Source: Vicugna vicugna
Lineage: Eukaryota
Length of the DNA stretch: 64,000 bases
Reading direction: 5' to 3'
Assembly: GCA_013265495.1 (NCBI GenBank)
Contig: MU057959.1
Location: 75,202 to 139,201 of the forward strand
This document shows positions 1-12,788 of this stretch, in pieces; position 1 is the stretch's first letter; each line of letters begins with the position of its first letter. The notes beneath the pieces are model-generated. The model made no database searches. It had not been told where the DNA came from and saw nothing but the letters and a program-made list of their open reading frames with translations. Position numbers and translations under genes: made by a program.

Positions 1-3000
1 TTGTCTTTCTGGCTTCCTTCACTTACAGTGACCATCTCTAGGTCCATCCATGTTTTTGCAGATGGCCTCATTGTATTCTTTTCTTTGACAGAATAGTATT
101 TCATTGTATAAATATACCACAACTTCTTTATCCAGTCATCTGTTGATAGACATTTAGGTTGTTTCCATATCTTGACTATTATAAATCGTGCTGCTGTGAA
201 CATTGGGATACATGTATCATTTTGCATCATCATTCCTTCCGCATGTATGCCCAGGAGTTGGATTGCTGGGTCAAATGGTAAGTCTATTTTTAATGTTTTG
301 AGGAATCTCCATACTGCTTTCCATAGTCCCTGCACCAAATTGCATTTCCTCCAACAGTTTAGGAGGACTCCCTTTTCTCTACATCCTCTCCAGCATTTAT
401 GGTTTGTGGAGTTTTGAATGATGGCCATTTTGACTGATGTGAAATGATACCTTATTGTAGTTTTTACATTTCTCAGATAATTAGCAATATTAAGCATTTT
501 TACGTATGTCTATTGGTCATTCATATGTCCTCACTGGAGAAGTGCTTGTTTATATCTTCTGCCCACTTTTGGATTTGTTTGTTGTTTTGAAATTAAAGTT
601 GTGTGAAGTGTTTATAAATTCTGTAAATTAAGCCTTTGTCAGTTGCAGTATTTCCAGATGTTTTCTCCCATCTCATAAGTGGTTGTTTTGTTTTGCTTAT
701 GGTTTCCTTTGCTCTGTAGAAGCTGATGAGTTTAATTAGGTCCGATTTGTTTATTTTTGCTTTTATTTCCATTTCTTGGGTAGACAGCTGTTGGAGAACG
801 TTGCCAAGATTTATGTCAGAGAATATTTTGCCTATGTTTTCTTCTAGGAGATTTATTGTGCCTTGTCTTATGTTAAAGTCTTTAAGCCATTTTGAGTTAT
901 TTTTTTGTATGGCATGAGAGAGTTAACTTTGATTTATATTCTCCAATCCTATTTTCCTGACAACACTTGTTGAAGTGACTGTCTTTTCTCCATTGTTTCC
1001 TTTGTCAGAGATTAAATCACCATAGGTCCATGGATTTATTTCTCTGCTCTCTATTCTGTTGTTTTCATCCATATATATGTTTTTATGCCAATACCTTGTC
1101 ATTTTGATTATGGTAGCTCTATAATATTGTCTGAAGTCTGTGAGGATTATTCATCCCGCTTCATTCTTTTTGTTCAATATTGCTTTTGCAATTCTGGATC
1201 TTTTGTGATTCCATATAAAACGTTCTTTCGTTTGTTCCAGTTCTTGAAAAAATATCGTGATTAATTTGATAGGGATCGAGTTAAATCTGTAGATTTCTTT
1301 CGGCAGTATGACCATTTTAATAATATTAATTCTTGCAATCCTAAAGCATGAAATATTTTTGCATTTCTTTATGTCTTTTTAAATTTCATTACCTAGTGTT
1401 TTGTAGTTCTCCATGTATAACTTTTTCACCTCCTTGTTCACATTTCTTCCTAAGTATTTTATTGTTTTTCGTTCAATTTTTAAAGGCATTTTTTCTTATC
1501 CTGTTGATTCATTATTAGTATAAAGAAATGTGTCATCTTTGTGTACATTAATCCTTTACCCTACTTCCTTACCGAGTTCTTTTCTTAGCTCTAGTAGCTT
1601 TTGTGTGGAGCTTTTAGGGTTTTGTAAATATAGTATCATGTCATCACATATGGTGACAATTTTATCTCTTCTTTTCTGATTTTGAGTATTTTTATTTTGT
1701 TTTCTTGCTTGATGGCTGTGGCTACAACTTCCAAGACTATGTTGAATACAATTGGTGAGAGTGGGCAATATTGTCTTGTCCCTGATTTTAGTCAGAAGCT
1801 TTTCAGTTTTTCACCATTGAGTATTTTGCTGGCTAAAGGCTTGTCATAAATAGCTTTTGTTATGTTCAGATATGTTCCCTCTATTCCCAATTTGGTAAGG
1901 GTTTTTATCATATATAGTTGTTGAATTTTATCAAATACCTTTCTTGTGTCTATTGAGATGATTATGTGATTTTTCCTGCATCTTTTGTGGATAAGGTGCA
2001 TCACATTGATTGATTTGTGTATGCTGAATTATCCTTCTTTTCCTGGGATGAATCCAACTTGATCATGGTGTATGATCTTTTTTACATGCCATTGAATTCT
2101 GTTTGCTAATATTTTGTTGAGGATTTTTGCATCTGTGTTCATCGGTGATATTGGCCTGTGATTTTCTTGTTTGATAGTGTCTTTGTCTTGTTTTGGTATC
2201 AGGATGATGGTGGTTCATAGACTGATTTTGTGCATATACCCTCCTTTTCAATTTTTTGGAAGAGTTTGAGAAGGATTTGTATGAGTTCTTCTTTGTATGT
2301 TTGGTAGAATTCCCCAGGCAATCCATCAGGCTCTGGACTTTTATTTGTAGGTAGATTTTTTATTGCTAATTCTATTTCATTTCTGTTGAACCATCTGTTA
2401 AAGTAGTCAACTTCTCCTTGATTCAGTCTTAGTGGACTGTATGTTTCAAGAAACTTGTCCATTTCTTCTAGGTTATGTTTCCCTTGAGTTGTTCATAATA
2501 TTCTCTTAGTATATTTTGCCTTTCTGTGATATTGGTTATAAGTTCTCCATTTTCTTTTCTTATTTTGTTTATTTGTCTTCTCTGTCTTTTCTTCTTGGTG
2601 AACCTGTCCAGAAGTCTGTCAGTTTTGTTTAGTCTTTCAAAAAACCAACTCCTAGTTTGACTGATTTTCAGTTTTGTTTTAAATCTTTATTTTATTTATT
2701 TTCCCTGTGATCTTTGTTATTTCCTTCCTTCTGCTGACTTTTGGTTTCATTTTCTGTTTGTTTTTTTTTTTTTTTTATTTTTGTTTTTTTTTTTTTTTTT
2801 TGAGATTGTTCATGTTTAAGGAAGGCCTGTATTTCTCTGAACGTCTCATTTAGGACAGCTTTTACATCATTACATAGATTTTGTGTGATTGTGTTTTCAT
2901 TTTCTTTTGTCTCAATGTGTGTCTTAATTTCTTCTCTAATTTCATTATTGATTCATTGAATGTTCAGTAGTATGTTGTTTAATTTCCATGCTGAATTTTT

Positions 3001-3545
3001 TTGTCTCCGTTTTTTTTTTTTATGATTGATTTCTGATTTCATGGTGTCATGGTCAGAAAAGATTCTTGAAACAATTTTCATCGTTTTAAATTTTTTGAAA
3101 TAATTTCTATCCTTTTTAAATTTAAATTCTTTTGTGCTCTTGTACGTGATCTATCCTTGAAAATGTTCTATGTGCACTTGAAAAGAATGTATATTCTATT
3201 TTCGGAGGGTGTAATGTTCAGAAAATATTAACCAAGTCCAATTATTTTATCGTGTCATTTAGTTTCTCTCTTCCCTTATTAATATTCTATCTGAAAGATG
3301 TCTCCAATGATATTAATGGAGTATGAAAGTCTCTGACAATGATTGTGTTCCTATCAACTTCTCCCTTTTAATCTGTTACTATTTGCTTTATATGATTAGG
3401 TGCTCCTATATTGGATGCATATATGTAAATAGTTGTAATATCCTCATCATGTATTGCTCCTTAAATCATTATATAGTGTAGTTATTGGTGTTTTTATGAC
3501 CTTTTTAAAAAAGTACTTTGATATCAGTATTGCTACTCCTTTTTT
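1..3545 (-). mobile_element. LINE-1, degenerate ORF2 region; older element, paralogous to the L1s at 38022-43449 and 55830-64000
   Basis: Minus-strand ORF2 fragments, e.g. 1792-2004 [17 protein letters not shown] and 2199-2462 [22 protein letters not shown]; many stops and frameshifts; runs off the window start. Confidence 0.93.
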
Positions 3546-3559
3546 CTCATTTATTTTTT

Positions 3560-6500
3560 GTTTGTGTTTTGTTTGTTTGTTTTAATTGAGTTATACTCAG
3601 TTTACAATGTTGTGTCACTTTCTGGTGTACAGCACAGTTTTCCATTCATACATGAATATAGATATATTTGTTTTCATATTCTTTTTCACCATGAGCTACT
3701 ACAACATCTTGACCAAATTTCCCTGTGCTATACAGTGTATACTTGTTTATCTATTCTATACATACCTTTCAGTATTTGTGAATCTGGAACTCCCAGTCTG
3801 TCCCTCCCCACACTCCACCCCCCATGGCAACCACAAGTTTGTTTTGTATGTCTGGGTCTGTTTCTGTTTTATATTTGATTCATTTGTCTTTTTTTTTTTT
3901 CAGATTCCACACATGAGTGGTATCACATAGTAGTTTTCTTTCTTTTTTTGCCTTTCTTCACTTAGAATGACATTCTCCTGGGACGTCCATGTTGCTGTAA
4001 CTGGCATTATGTTGTCACTTTTTATGGCGAATAGTACTCTATTGTATAAATATATCACAGCTTCTTTATGCAGTCATCTGTCAATGGATATTTAGGTTGT
4101 TTTCATGTCTTGGCTATTGCAAATAGTGCTCCTATAAACATTGGGGTGTAGGTGTCTTTTTGAAGTAGGGTTCCTTCTGGATATATGCCCAGGAGTGGGA
4201 TTGCTGGGTCATACAGTAAGTCTATTCCTAGGCTTTTGAGGACTCTCCTTACTGTTTTCCACAATGGCTGCTCCAAACTGCATTCCCACCAGCAGTGTAG
4301 AAGGGTTCCCTTTTCTCCACAGCCTCTCCAGTATTAGTCATTTGTGGACTTTTGAATGATGGCCATTCTGACTGTTGTGAGGTGATACCTCATTGTAATT
4401 TTGATTTGCATTTCTCTCATTTCTGGTGTAATTAGTGATATTGAACATTTTTTCATGTGTCTATTGGTCATTAATATGTCTTCCCTGGGGAATTGCTTGT
4501 TTAGGTCTTCTGCCTATTTTTGGATTGGGTTTTTTTTTTTTTTTGTATTAAGTCATATGAACTGTATATATACTCTGGAGATCAAGCCTTTGTCAGATTG
4601 GTATTTTGCAAATATTTTTCCCATTCTGTACATTGTCATTTTGTTTTGCTTATGGTTTCCTTTGCTGTGGAAGAGCTTGTAACTTTAATTAGGTCCCATT
4701 TGTTTATTGTTGCTTTTATTTCTATTTCTTGAGTAGACTAATGTAGAAGATTCCTGAGACATATGTGAGATATTTTGCCTATATTTTTTTTCTAGGAGGT
4801 TTCTTAATCTTATATTTAACTCTTTAATGCATTTTAAGTTTATTATTGTGTATGGTGTCAGGGAGTGTTCTAGCTTTATTGGTTTACCTGCTGTTGTCTA
4901 GTTTTCCCAACACCTTTTGCCGAAGAGACTGTCTTTATTCCTTTATATGTTTTTGACTCATTTGTCAAAAACTAACTGAACAAAAGTTTGTGGGTTCATT
5001 TCTGGGCTCTCTGTTCTGTTCCATTGGTCCATATGTCAGGTTTTGTACCAATATCATGCTGTTTTGATTACTGTAGCTCTGCAGTTTTGTCTGAAGTCTA
5101 GGTTTATTTCTCCAGCCTGATTCTTTTTCTTCAGTAATGCTTTGGCAATTCTGTCTTTAGCAATTCCATGTAATTTTTATTATGATTTATACTAGATCTG
5201 TGAGATAAGTCCTGGGTTATTTGATAGGCATTGCATTCAATCTGTAGATTGCCTTGGGCAGTATGACCATTTTGAAAATATTGATTCTTCCAATACAGGA
5301 GCATGGGATATCTTTCCACTTTTTAAAGTCTTCTTTAGTTTCATTAATTAGTGTTTTGTAGTTCTCCATATATAAGTCTTTCATTTTCTTGGTTAGATTT
5401 ATTCCTAGCTCTCTTACTACTTTGAATGCTATTTTGAAAAGGATTGTTTCTTTACTTCCTTTCCTGTTTATTCATCATTACTGTAAAGAAATGTAGCTGA
5501 GTTTTGTACATTAATCTTGTATCCTGCCAAATTGCTGTAATGTTTCATTAGTTCTAGTAGTTTATGTGTGGAAATTTAAAATTTTTCTATGTATAATATC
5601 ATGTCATCTGCGTATAGTCACAACTTTTTACCTCTTCTTTTCCAATTTGGATCCCTTTTATTCCTTTTTCTTGCCTGTTTATTGTGACTAGTACTTCCAG
5701 AAGTGTGTTGAATAGGAGTGGTGACAGTGGAAAACCTTGTCTTGTCCGAGAGTTTATTGGGAAAGTTTTTGGTTTTTTTCAGTGTTGAGTACTATGCTGT
5801 CTGTAGATTTGTCATAAATAGCATTTATTTTGTTCAGATATGTTATTTTTCTTTTTTTTTTAGCTGTTATATTTATTTTTTAAACATTTTTTATTGATTT
5901 ATATTCATCTTACAGTGTTTCAAATTCCAGTGTAGAGCACAATTTTTCAGTTATACATGAATATATATATGTTACTTTTCTACACACTTTGGTGAGAATT
6001 ATTATCATAAATGGGTGTTGAGTTTTATTCAGTACTTTTTCTGCATCTATTGAGATGGTCACAGATTTATTTTTCTTTCTCTTGTTGATGTGGTATATTA
6101 TATTATTAATTTGTGTATGTTGAACCGTCCTTGTGTTCCTGGGATCAACCCATCTTGATTGTGGTGTATGATCTTTTTAATGTCCTGTTGTATTCTGTTC
6201 GGTAATTTTTTTGAGGATTTTTCATCTACGTTTGTTAGTAATATTGGCCTATCATTTTCTTTTTTGTTAGTGTCTTTTTCTGGTTTTGGTATCAGGGTGA
6301 CGGTGGCTTCATAGAATGAGTTTGGGAGTATTCCCTCCTTTTCAGTCTTCTGGCAGAGTTTGAGACGGACCTGTAGGAGTTCTTGGTGTGTCTGGTAGAA
6401 TTCTCCTATGATGCCGTCTGATCCTGGACTTTATTTGTAGGGAGGTTTTTTATTGCTAATTTGGTTTCATTTCTGATGTTCGGTTTGTTCAAGTGGTCAG

Positions 6501-6970
6501 TTTCTCCTTGATTCAGTATTGGTGGACTGTATGTTTCCAGAAACTTGTCCATTTCTTCTAGTTTTTCCATTTTGTTTCCCTATCATTGTTCATAGTATTT
6601 TCTGTTGATATTTTGTATATCTGTGGTATTGTTGTAATTTCTCCATTTTCCTTTCCTAGTTTGTTTATTTGTGCTCTCTGTTTTCTCTTCTTCATGAGTT
6701 TGACAGAGGTTTCTGAATTTTGTTTTGTCTTTCAAAAAACCAGCTGTTGTCTTGATTGATTTTTTTATACTCTGTGTTTTATTTATTTCCTCTTTCATCT
6801 TTATTATTTCCTTCTTTCTGCTGACTTTTAGGTTTTTTCCTCTTATTTTTTAAATTCTTTTAGCTGGTAGGTTAGATAGTTTACTTGAGATTGTACTTCT
6901 TATTTGAGGACGGCCTATATTGGTATAAATTCCCTGTTAGCCCTGCCTTTGCTGCATCCCATAGATTTTG
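3560..6970 (-). mobile_element. LINE-1 (3' UTR plus most of ORF2), a second element abutting or nested in the first
   Basis: A new T-rich tail and L1 3' UTR begin near 3560, then ORF2 is traversed again (cysteine-rich C-terminus ~4000-4450, RT ~5000-6500). Boundaries approximate. Confidence 0.88.
5852..5966 (-). mobile_element. Severely 5'-truncated young L1 3' end nested in L1
   Basis: Matches the 3' terminus seen at 16790-16880 and 50480-50560; flanked by a 14-bp near-perfect TSD, atatgtta(t/c)ttttc, at 5838-5851 and 5967-5980. Confidence 0.85.
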
Positions 6971-9645
6971 AGTAGACCTCTCTATTTCTTAGCCTAGGTT
7001 TAGTCATGCTGAGCTCTTGCAATTTTTGCTTGTCAGTGAAATTCTTTATCTCTCCTACTCTAAAGGATAGTCTTTCTGGATAGTGTATCCTTGTTTGCTG
7101 CTTTTTCTCATTCAGGACTTTGAATCTATCTTGCCACTCCCTTCTCGCCTGCAGTGTTTGTGCAGAGAAATCAGATGAAAGCCCTATGAGGGTTCCCTTG
7201 TAACTACCTCTTTGTTTTTTTCTTGCTGCCTTTAGAATGCTTTCTTCATCTTTAACTCGCTCCATGTTAATTATAATTTGTCTTGGTGTAAGTCTGTTTG
7301 GGGTGTTGTATAGGACCATGTGTGCTTTCCATACTTTGATATCTATTTCCTTCTTTAGGTCTGGAAAGTTGTCAGGTTTTTTTTTTTTTTTCAAATAAGT
7401 TTTCAGGCTTGTTTTCTCTTTCTTTTCTATGGGACCCCTATTGTTTGTTGTTTAGCACCCTTTATATTATCCTATAGGTCCCTTATATTGCTTTCATTGG
7501 TTTTTGACTTGCTCTTCTGCCTGCTGTTCTGATTGCGTGCCTTTTGTTTTCCTGTCTTCTAAGTCACTTATTCATTTCTCTACATTATCTAATCTGCCTT
7601 TGACTGACATTAGCTCATGTCTTACATCAGCCATTGAGTTTCCTGTTTTGAAATGACTCCTGGTTATAGTTTGTATTTCTTTTTGATAGTATTCTCTGCC
7701 TCTATTCATAGAGTCCCCTATTTTTTCAGTGATTTTATCACCCCCTTTTTGAAGACATGACTTATTAGATTGTTGAAGTCCGTCTCATGGTTTTTTTGTT
7801 GGTGGGCTTTGTCTGGCAAAGACTCACCACGCAAGAATGAATTAGTCAAGACTTTATCAAGTTAAGGGAGTGAGAGTCAGCCGCAGGCCCCCTCCAACTC
7901 CGTGAGCTTCTCTGAAATTGTTCTAGTTATGAGAATTGTCAAAAAAAGGATTCAGGTAAAACAGGTCAAAGGAATGTCTAATGGGCATGGTGTACATGCA
8001 GGTATGCATGTCAGCAGTTTTGTGAAAAACAGAAACATTCATCTTAATCTATATGTTTAGGGATAATTTTAGAATTTCTAGAGGGTAGACAATTGATAAT
8101 GGAAACCAGGCAGGCACAAAGACTCCATAAAGATCGAGATCTAACCAAGTAAGTGAAGAATGCTCTCCTGTTTTCAGGAAGGGTAAGTGGTAATGGTTTT
8201 CCAAGAAGCAGGAAGAGCCCTACACCTACAACCTGTGCCTAAGCTCAGCTAGGGCTGTCTTACCCTTTTCAGAAAGACAAGGAACAGCAATTTTCTGCAT
8301 TTGAACCCTACTATTCATTAACCCATGAGTGTGCTCCCACATTCTTTCAGGGGATTTCTCTTGTTCTTTTAATTGGAAGTGGGGTTTTTTGCATCTTTAT
8401 TTTTCTTTTATTTTCCTGGCTCTATAGATTTAGGAGTATCAGTTATCTGCTGTGGTCTTGAGGGGCTGTTTTGTATTTTTTCTTTGTTTCCTTTTATTTA
8501 AGAGTGTTCCTTTATGCATGTTCCTGTACAGATTCTGTACGTGTAATACTTTTATTGTGATGGCCATTCTTAATATGGTTGGTTGCCATATTTTTCCCCA
8601 TGTGTGTTGGCTGTTGTCCCTTTGGTTGGGGGTGTGGTTAGTGTTGTGCAGTTCAGAGGCTGCTCTGATTGTTGTTGTTGAGCTGGACCTCCTTTTTTGT
8701 TCTGTGGTTGTCACAGTCTTGACAGGGGCCTTGTCTGTTTCCCTGTTGCTGGAATAGTGGCTTAAAGACCCGTTTGTAAAATGTGCTGTATAGTAGGCTG
8801 GATTGGAGCATTTCAGCTGGGCTGAAGAGTCCATAGGAGATGTCCACTTGGAAATGTCCTTTATGGTGTTGTCTGTCACTTGTTATGTGGGCTTACAAAA
8901 TACTATTTTTTTGATGCTGCTTTTTTCCCCAGCTTTGCTCTGGGAATGTCAGCCCCCTGTTCTGGTGTCCCCCCCATCACATTCTGAGCCCCAGGAACCA
9001 CCACTGCAGGTATGTCAATGTCAAGCAGTAGGACCCACCATAGCAATCATGCAGTCACACACCTGAGTCTGTGGTTGGCCACAGGATCACTGGAGACCCT
9101 AGCCCCATTTCCGTGTATGGTGGAGTTCAGTACACTGGGCTTAATACCCGTACTCATCCCCACCATTTGCCAGAACTCTACTCACTACCTGTTTGTCCTA
9201 AATGTGTGATTCCACATGGGTCCAGAGAAAGCAAATGTCTGCCTGTGGCTATAAGCAAATCTCAGTATCACCTGTGAAGATGCAGGGCTGCTGGCTCTGG
9301 ATTCAGCTTTCATCCCTTAGTCTGCATAGCATTGATGGCTATGATGTTTCCCCACCTCTCAGAAGAATATAACAAAAATGGAGCCAGGCAACAAATGGCC
9401 TGTATTGTGTCTGTGTTATGCCCGTTTCCCACACTTACATCGACTGTGGTGTTCATTTTATGGGGTCCCAGGCTGTTCTGCTCCACACACTGCTAGCCAA
9501 AGCTCACACTTCCCTCTAGTCCTCTGAGGCTTTCTCTGTTCATCATCTGAGCCCCTGCCATCTGCCTGGGCTCCTCACCAATCTCAAGTACCAGTTCCTG
9601 CTCGAGTCTTGGGCAAGAGATCACTGGGACCTTCCATGCCAGTTT
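6971..9645 (-). mobile_element. LINE-1 ORF1 remnant and 5' region, interrupted by an LTR
   Basis: ORF 6915-7394 encodes the ORF1p C-terminus (TPRQIIINMERVKDEESILKAARKKQ..LQARREW). Sequence jumps from mid-ORF2 to ORF1 near 6970, implying an internal deletion. Right boundary approximate. Confidence 0.8.
7797..8341. mobile_element. Probable solo LTR of an endogenous retrovirus (~545 bp)
   Basis: Non-L1 block starting TG (tgttggtggg) and ending CA (ctcccaca), with short terminal inverted similarity; it cleanly interrupts L1 ORF1, which resumes at ttctttcagggg (compare uninterrupted 22070-22095). Confidence 0.7.
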
Positions 9646-10247
9646 ATCAAGCAAAGAAGAAGGAATCCCATTTTCAGATCATGTGATCTGTGTCTGGAGT
9701 TACAACTTCTCACCTGAGCTGTCAGTCACTTTCTTCCTCCAAGCACCAGGCTGACTTCATGTTGCTGTGGAGGGACCACGTCTCAGCTGCGGCCCCTCTT
9801 TGATGACTAGTGACCCATCAGTAACAATTACCAGTTCTTCAGCTGAACTTGAGACATGCTGTGCTGTAGGAAAAGGCACTTTTTCCTTGATTATTGAACA
9901 TGGCATCTCACATTTTCCCCACAGAAATCTCAGTGAGTCCAACAGACTTTTTTTTCTCCTGGAATGAATAGGATGCTCTTTGGGAACTTCTTCTCGGCCC
10001 CAGTGCCACATCCGTCTGCAGTAAAGTATCCATAGTCTTCTCCCTTTCCCATGATGGGGTAATTCTTTTTTCCCTCTCACCAGCACACTTCGAAGACATC
10101 ACCATGTGACCCTCATCAGACTTGTCTGTGGTCAGACATCTTTCCTATTAAAGGCACACTTTCCTGGATGTTTCACGTGGCTATTTGTAACTTTTAAACT
10201 AGGTGACTTTCTGCACAGATAAACATATACAGAGTACTTACTAAATC

Positions 10248-12788
10248 AATTAATTTAAACCCTCAGAAATAAAATACCACCAAAGAGGACATGGACAGTG
10301 AGTATGAGAGAAAAATTTGAGAAAGGAAATGTCACTTTGGAGAGAGAGAGATGATGTTATGTGGGAACCAGTAATGTTGTCTCCATATTATTGATCTTTA
10401 TTCCATAAGAAGATGACGTGCGTGGTTCTCCCTGACATATTTTGTAGGTGCATAAAATGAGACAGGGTTTAGTTGAGTTGACTGACACATGACAGGTTCT
10501 CAGCCTCAGGGAATAGGATGTTCAAGGGCATGAGAGCTCTTCAGGAAACCAGTTGGCAAATTCTATGTGGAACTTAACACTCCCCATGTCTGTGATGTGT
10601 GGGTGTCCAGTGGGAATTCCCCCAAGGATGTACATGTGGTTGGAGCACTCCTTTGTAGAATTGATTCTCGGAGTTCTGTGGTTTCAGGCTGCATGCTCAT
10701 GGAATGGTTCATCTTAAAATGATTGACAAGATCTGTAATTGAGTTACACTTCTGTTCTAATTTCAAGTTTTGTCTTTAGTGGATGGAAGAATTATATTCA
10801 CCTTTAAGGTAGTGAGGTGTTTTGTTGCTGTTGTTCGTTTGTGTGTGGTTCTAAAGATCTTGCCTTAACAAAATCACCTTCAGAAAGGGGATGGAAATTA
10901 ATGGTGTGTTTTAGGCAGTGTGGTGGTTGGAAGGTTTTGAGTGGGGTAGTCACAGTTATGTGGAATTAAACAAAATTTTTGCAACAATGGTGATATCTCT
11001 CCAAGCCCAGTTCTCCTGGATTCAGGGTGTATGTAGACAACTATGAGGTCAGGACTGATTAAGAAGTTAACCAGTTTTTGTCAACTTTGGCAAGTCTTGC
11101 TTCTCCCTGAGGTCTGTCATCTGCATGAATCCTGCATGATGGTGGTTTATCACCAGAACTGCTCAGCATGAATTGGCCAATCATTAACCTGTAATTTAAT
11201 AAGGCTAAAGAGAAGCAAAATAACCTTAATGTAAGAAAACAAATTCTCTAGTGATACAGGTTAAATGACTTCCACAAAAGACATCATCACTTACAAAAGT
11301 TGGCCCATATGAAATCACAGGTTGTCCCTCCTGATTTATTTCCTAGAGCAGCAGTTATGATAGGTCATTTTTACTTTCACGTAGGTGGTGTTGAAGTCCT
11401 CTTTCATTCGACAGTTACCGCAGCCCAGGGGTAAATCAAAAGGGCAGACATGAAACAACCACCAACTATGACAATTTCCCATTATTTCCAAGGTTTCTTT
11501 TTTTATTTTCAGTAATGTATTTTATAAAAGATTCTTTATTGGCTAATTTTAAATGAAAGAGTTTGTTTCCTGACAGCCTGTTTACATCCTACATGAATGA
11601 TGTATTTATTCATGAACAACTGTACTTCCATTACCAAGACAGAAGACTCTCACAAAGTTTTCTTCTGGAGCCTCCTCCTCCTTCAGCACCTTCTCGTACT
11701 TCTCTAAGAATGCCTCTAATTCTTACTTTGCAATACAATTTCTGTTGCCTGAAAATCACCATGCATAAGCAGAAGTTGACCTGTTAGACCCCTGAAAATT
11801 TCTGAAGACAGAATAAGAAACTGAACATGCAAATCAATTTTATCAGAGTCTCAAACAGATAACCGATGTCTGCTGCATGTCTTCAGAAGGAATCCTAGTC
11901 TGACTCTGAGATTACATTCTCTCTAGCATCAGCACCGTGGCTCCAAAGACTCATCAAGACCTCCATGAATCTTGTGCCCATTTCATCACAAATATAGAAA
12001 CTATTTCCTGTTTTATCAGCTTCCTAAAATCTATGCCTGACATTCAAGCCTCATTGTGGAGCAAACATTCTAGAAACTTGTTCTCACCTCCCAGAGACAC
12101 ATTGACCCTGTTACATAGTCATAGGAGATGGTTTACTCTTTAAGTAAACCACAGTTGACCTCGGTGCCCTTTTGAAATAGACACCTGGTGTCCCAGGGAC
12201 TAGAGCACACCTCTCAGTGAGCCTATGTGGTGATGTCTGCATTCATCAGGACATGGCATTTGAGAAATTGAACAGGATCAAGATTTATTTTCAAATCTTC
12301 AGTTCCAGGGCTTAGAATCCCCTGGAAAAGTGGCATAAAATGAAGACACTGAAGTCAACAAGGTTATAGCAGTGGCTTAAAATTAGTTGACATGTTCAGA
12401 AACTTCCTTAAAAACACTCAATTTTAAAAATTCTTCATTTTTAGCTAATTGGACTTATTTTGAAATGTCAGGTGATGTGTTACTTCCCACTGCTGCCAGC
12501 TCCTCTTTTTTCCTTCCTTGGTAGATCACATCCCAGGATCCTTAATGAACAGAAGGACCTAGGCGCTGTCAATGGATAATGAGCCGTATGTGCACATGCT
12601 GACTTTCTGAATAAAAATGCTGACAGTGAAAGTGTTAACAGACACTGACCATGGAGATATTAGGAAGTGGTACATACCAAATACTTTGACCAGTGTAATC
12701 TCATTGCCTTCTTCATCCACTTTTTTTTTAACAATTACTGTGAGGACACCTTTGGACAGTTTAATCGTTTGCACTTGTATAACATCAT
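10248..12788 (-). pseudogene. OBP/Bos d 2-like lipocalin pseudogene, copy A (exons 4-7 only)
   Basis: Exon 4 ~12788-12678 (VQTIKLSKGVLTVIVKKKVDEEGNEITLVKVF, acceptor lost); exon 5 11748-11635 (114 nt, in-frame TAA at 11725-11723); exon 6 ~11418-11380 (GNCRMKEDFNTTY, acceptor CG); exon 7 from 10441 (acceptor AA); polyA site degenerate. Introns are collinear with copy B. Confidence 0.9.

Noticed and set aside
8439..8879. 146-aa minus-strand ORF as a novel gene
   Set aside because: It lies within the L1 5' region upstream of ORF1, has low-complexity composition and no supporting gene signals.
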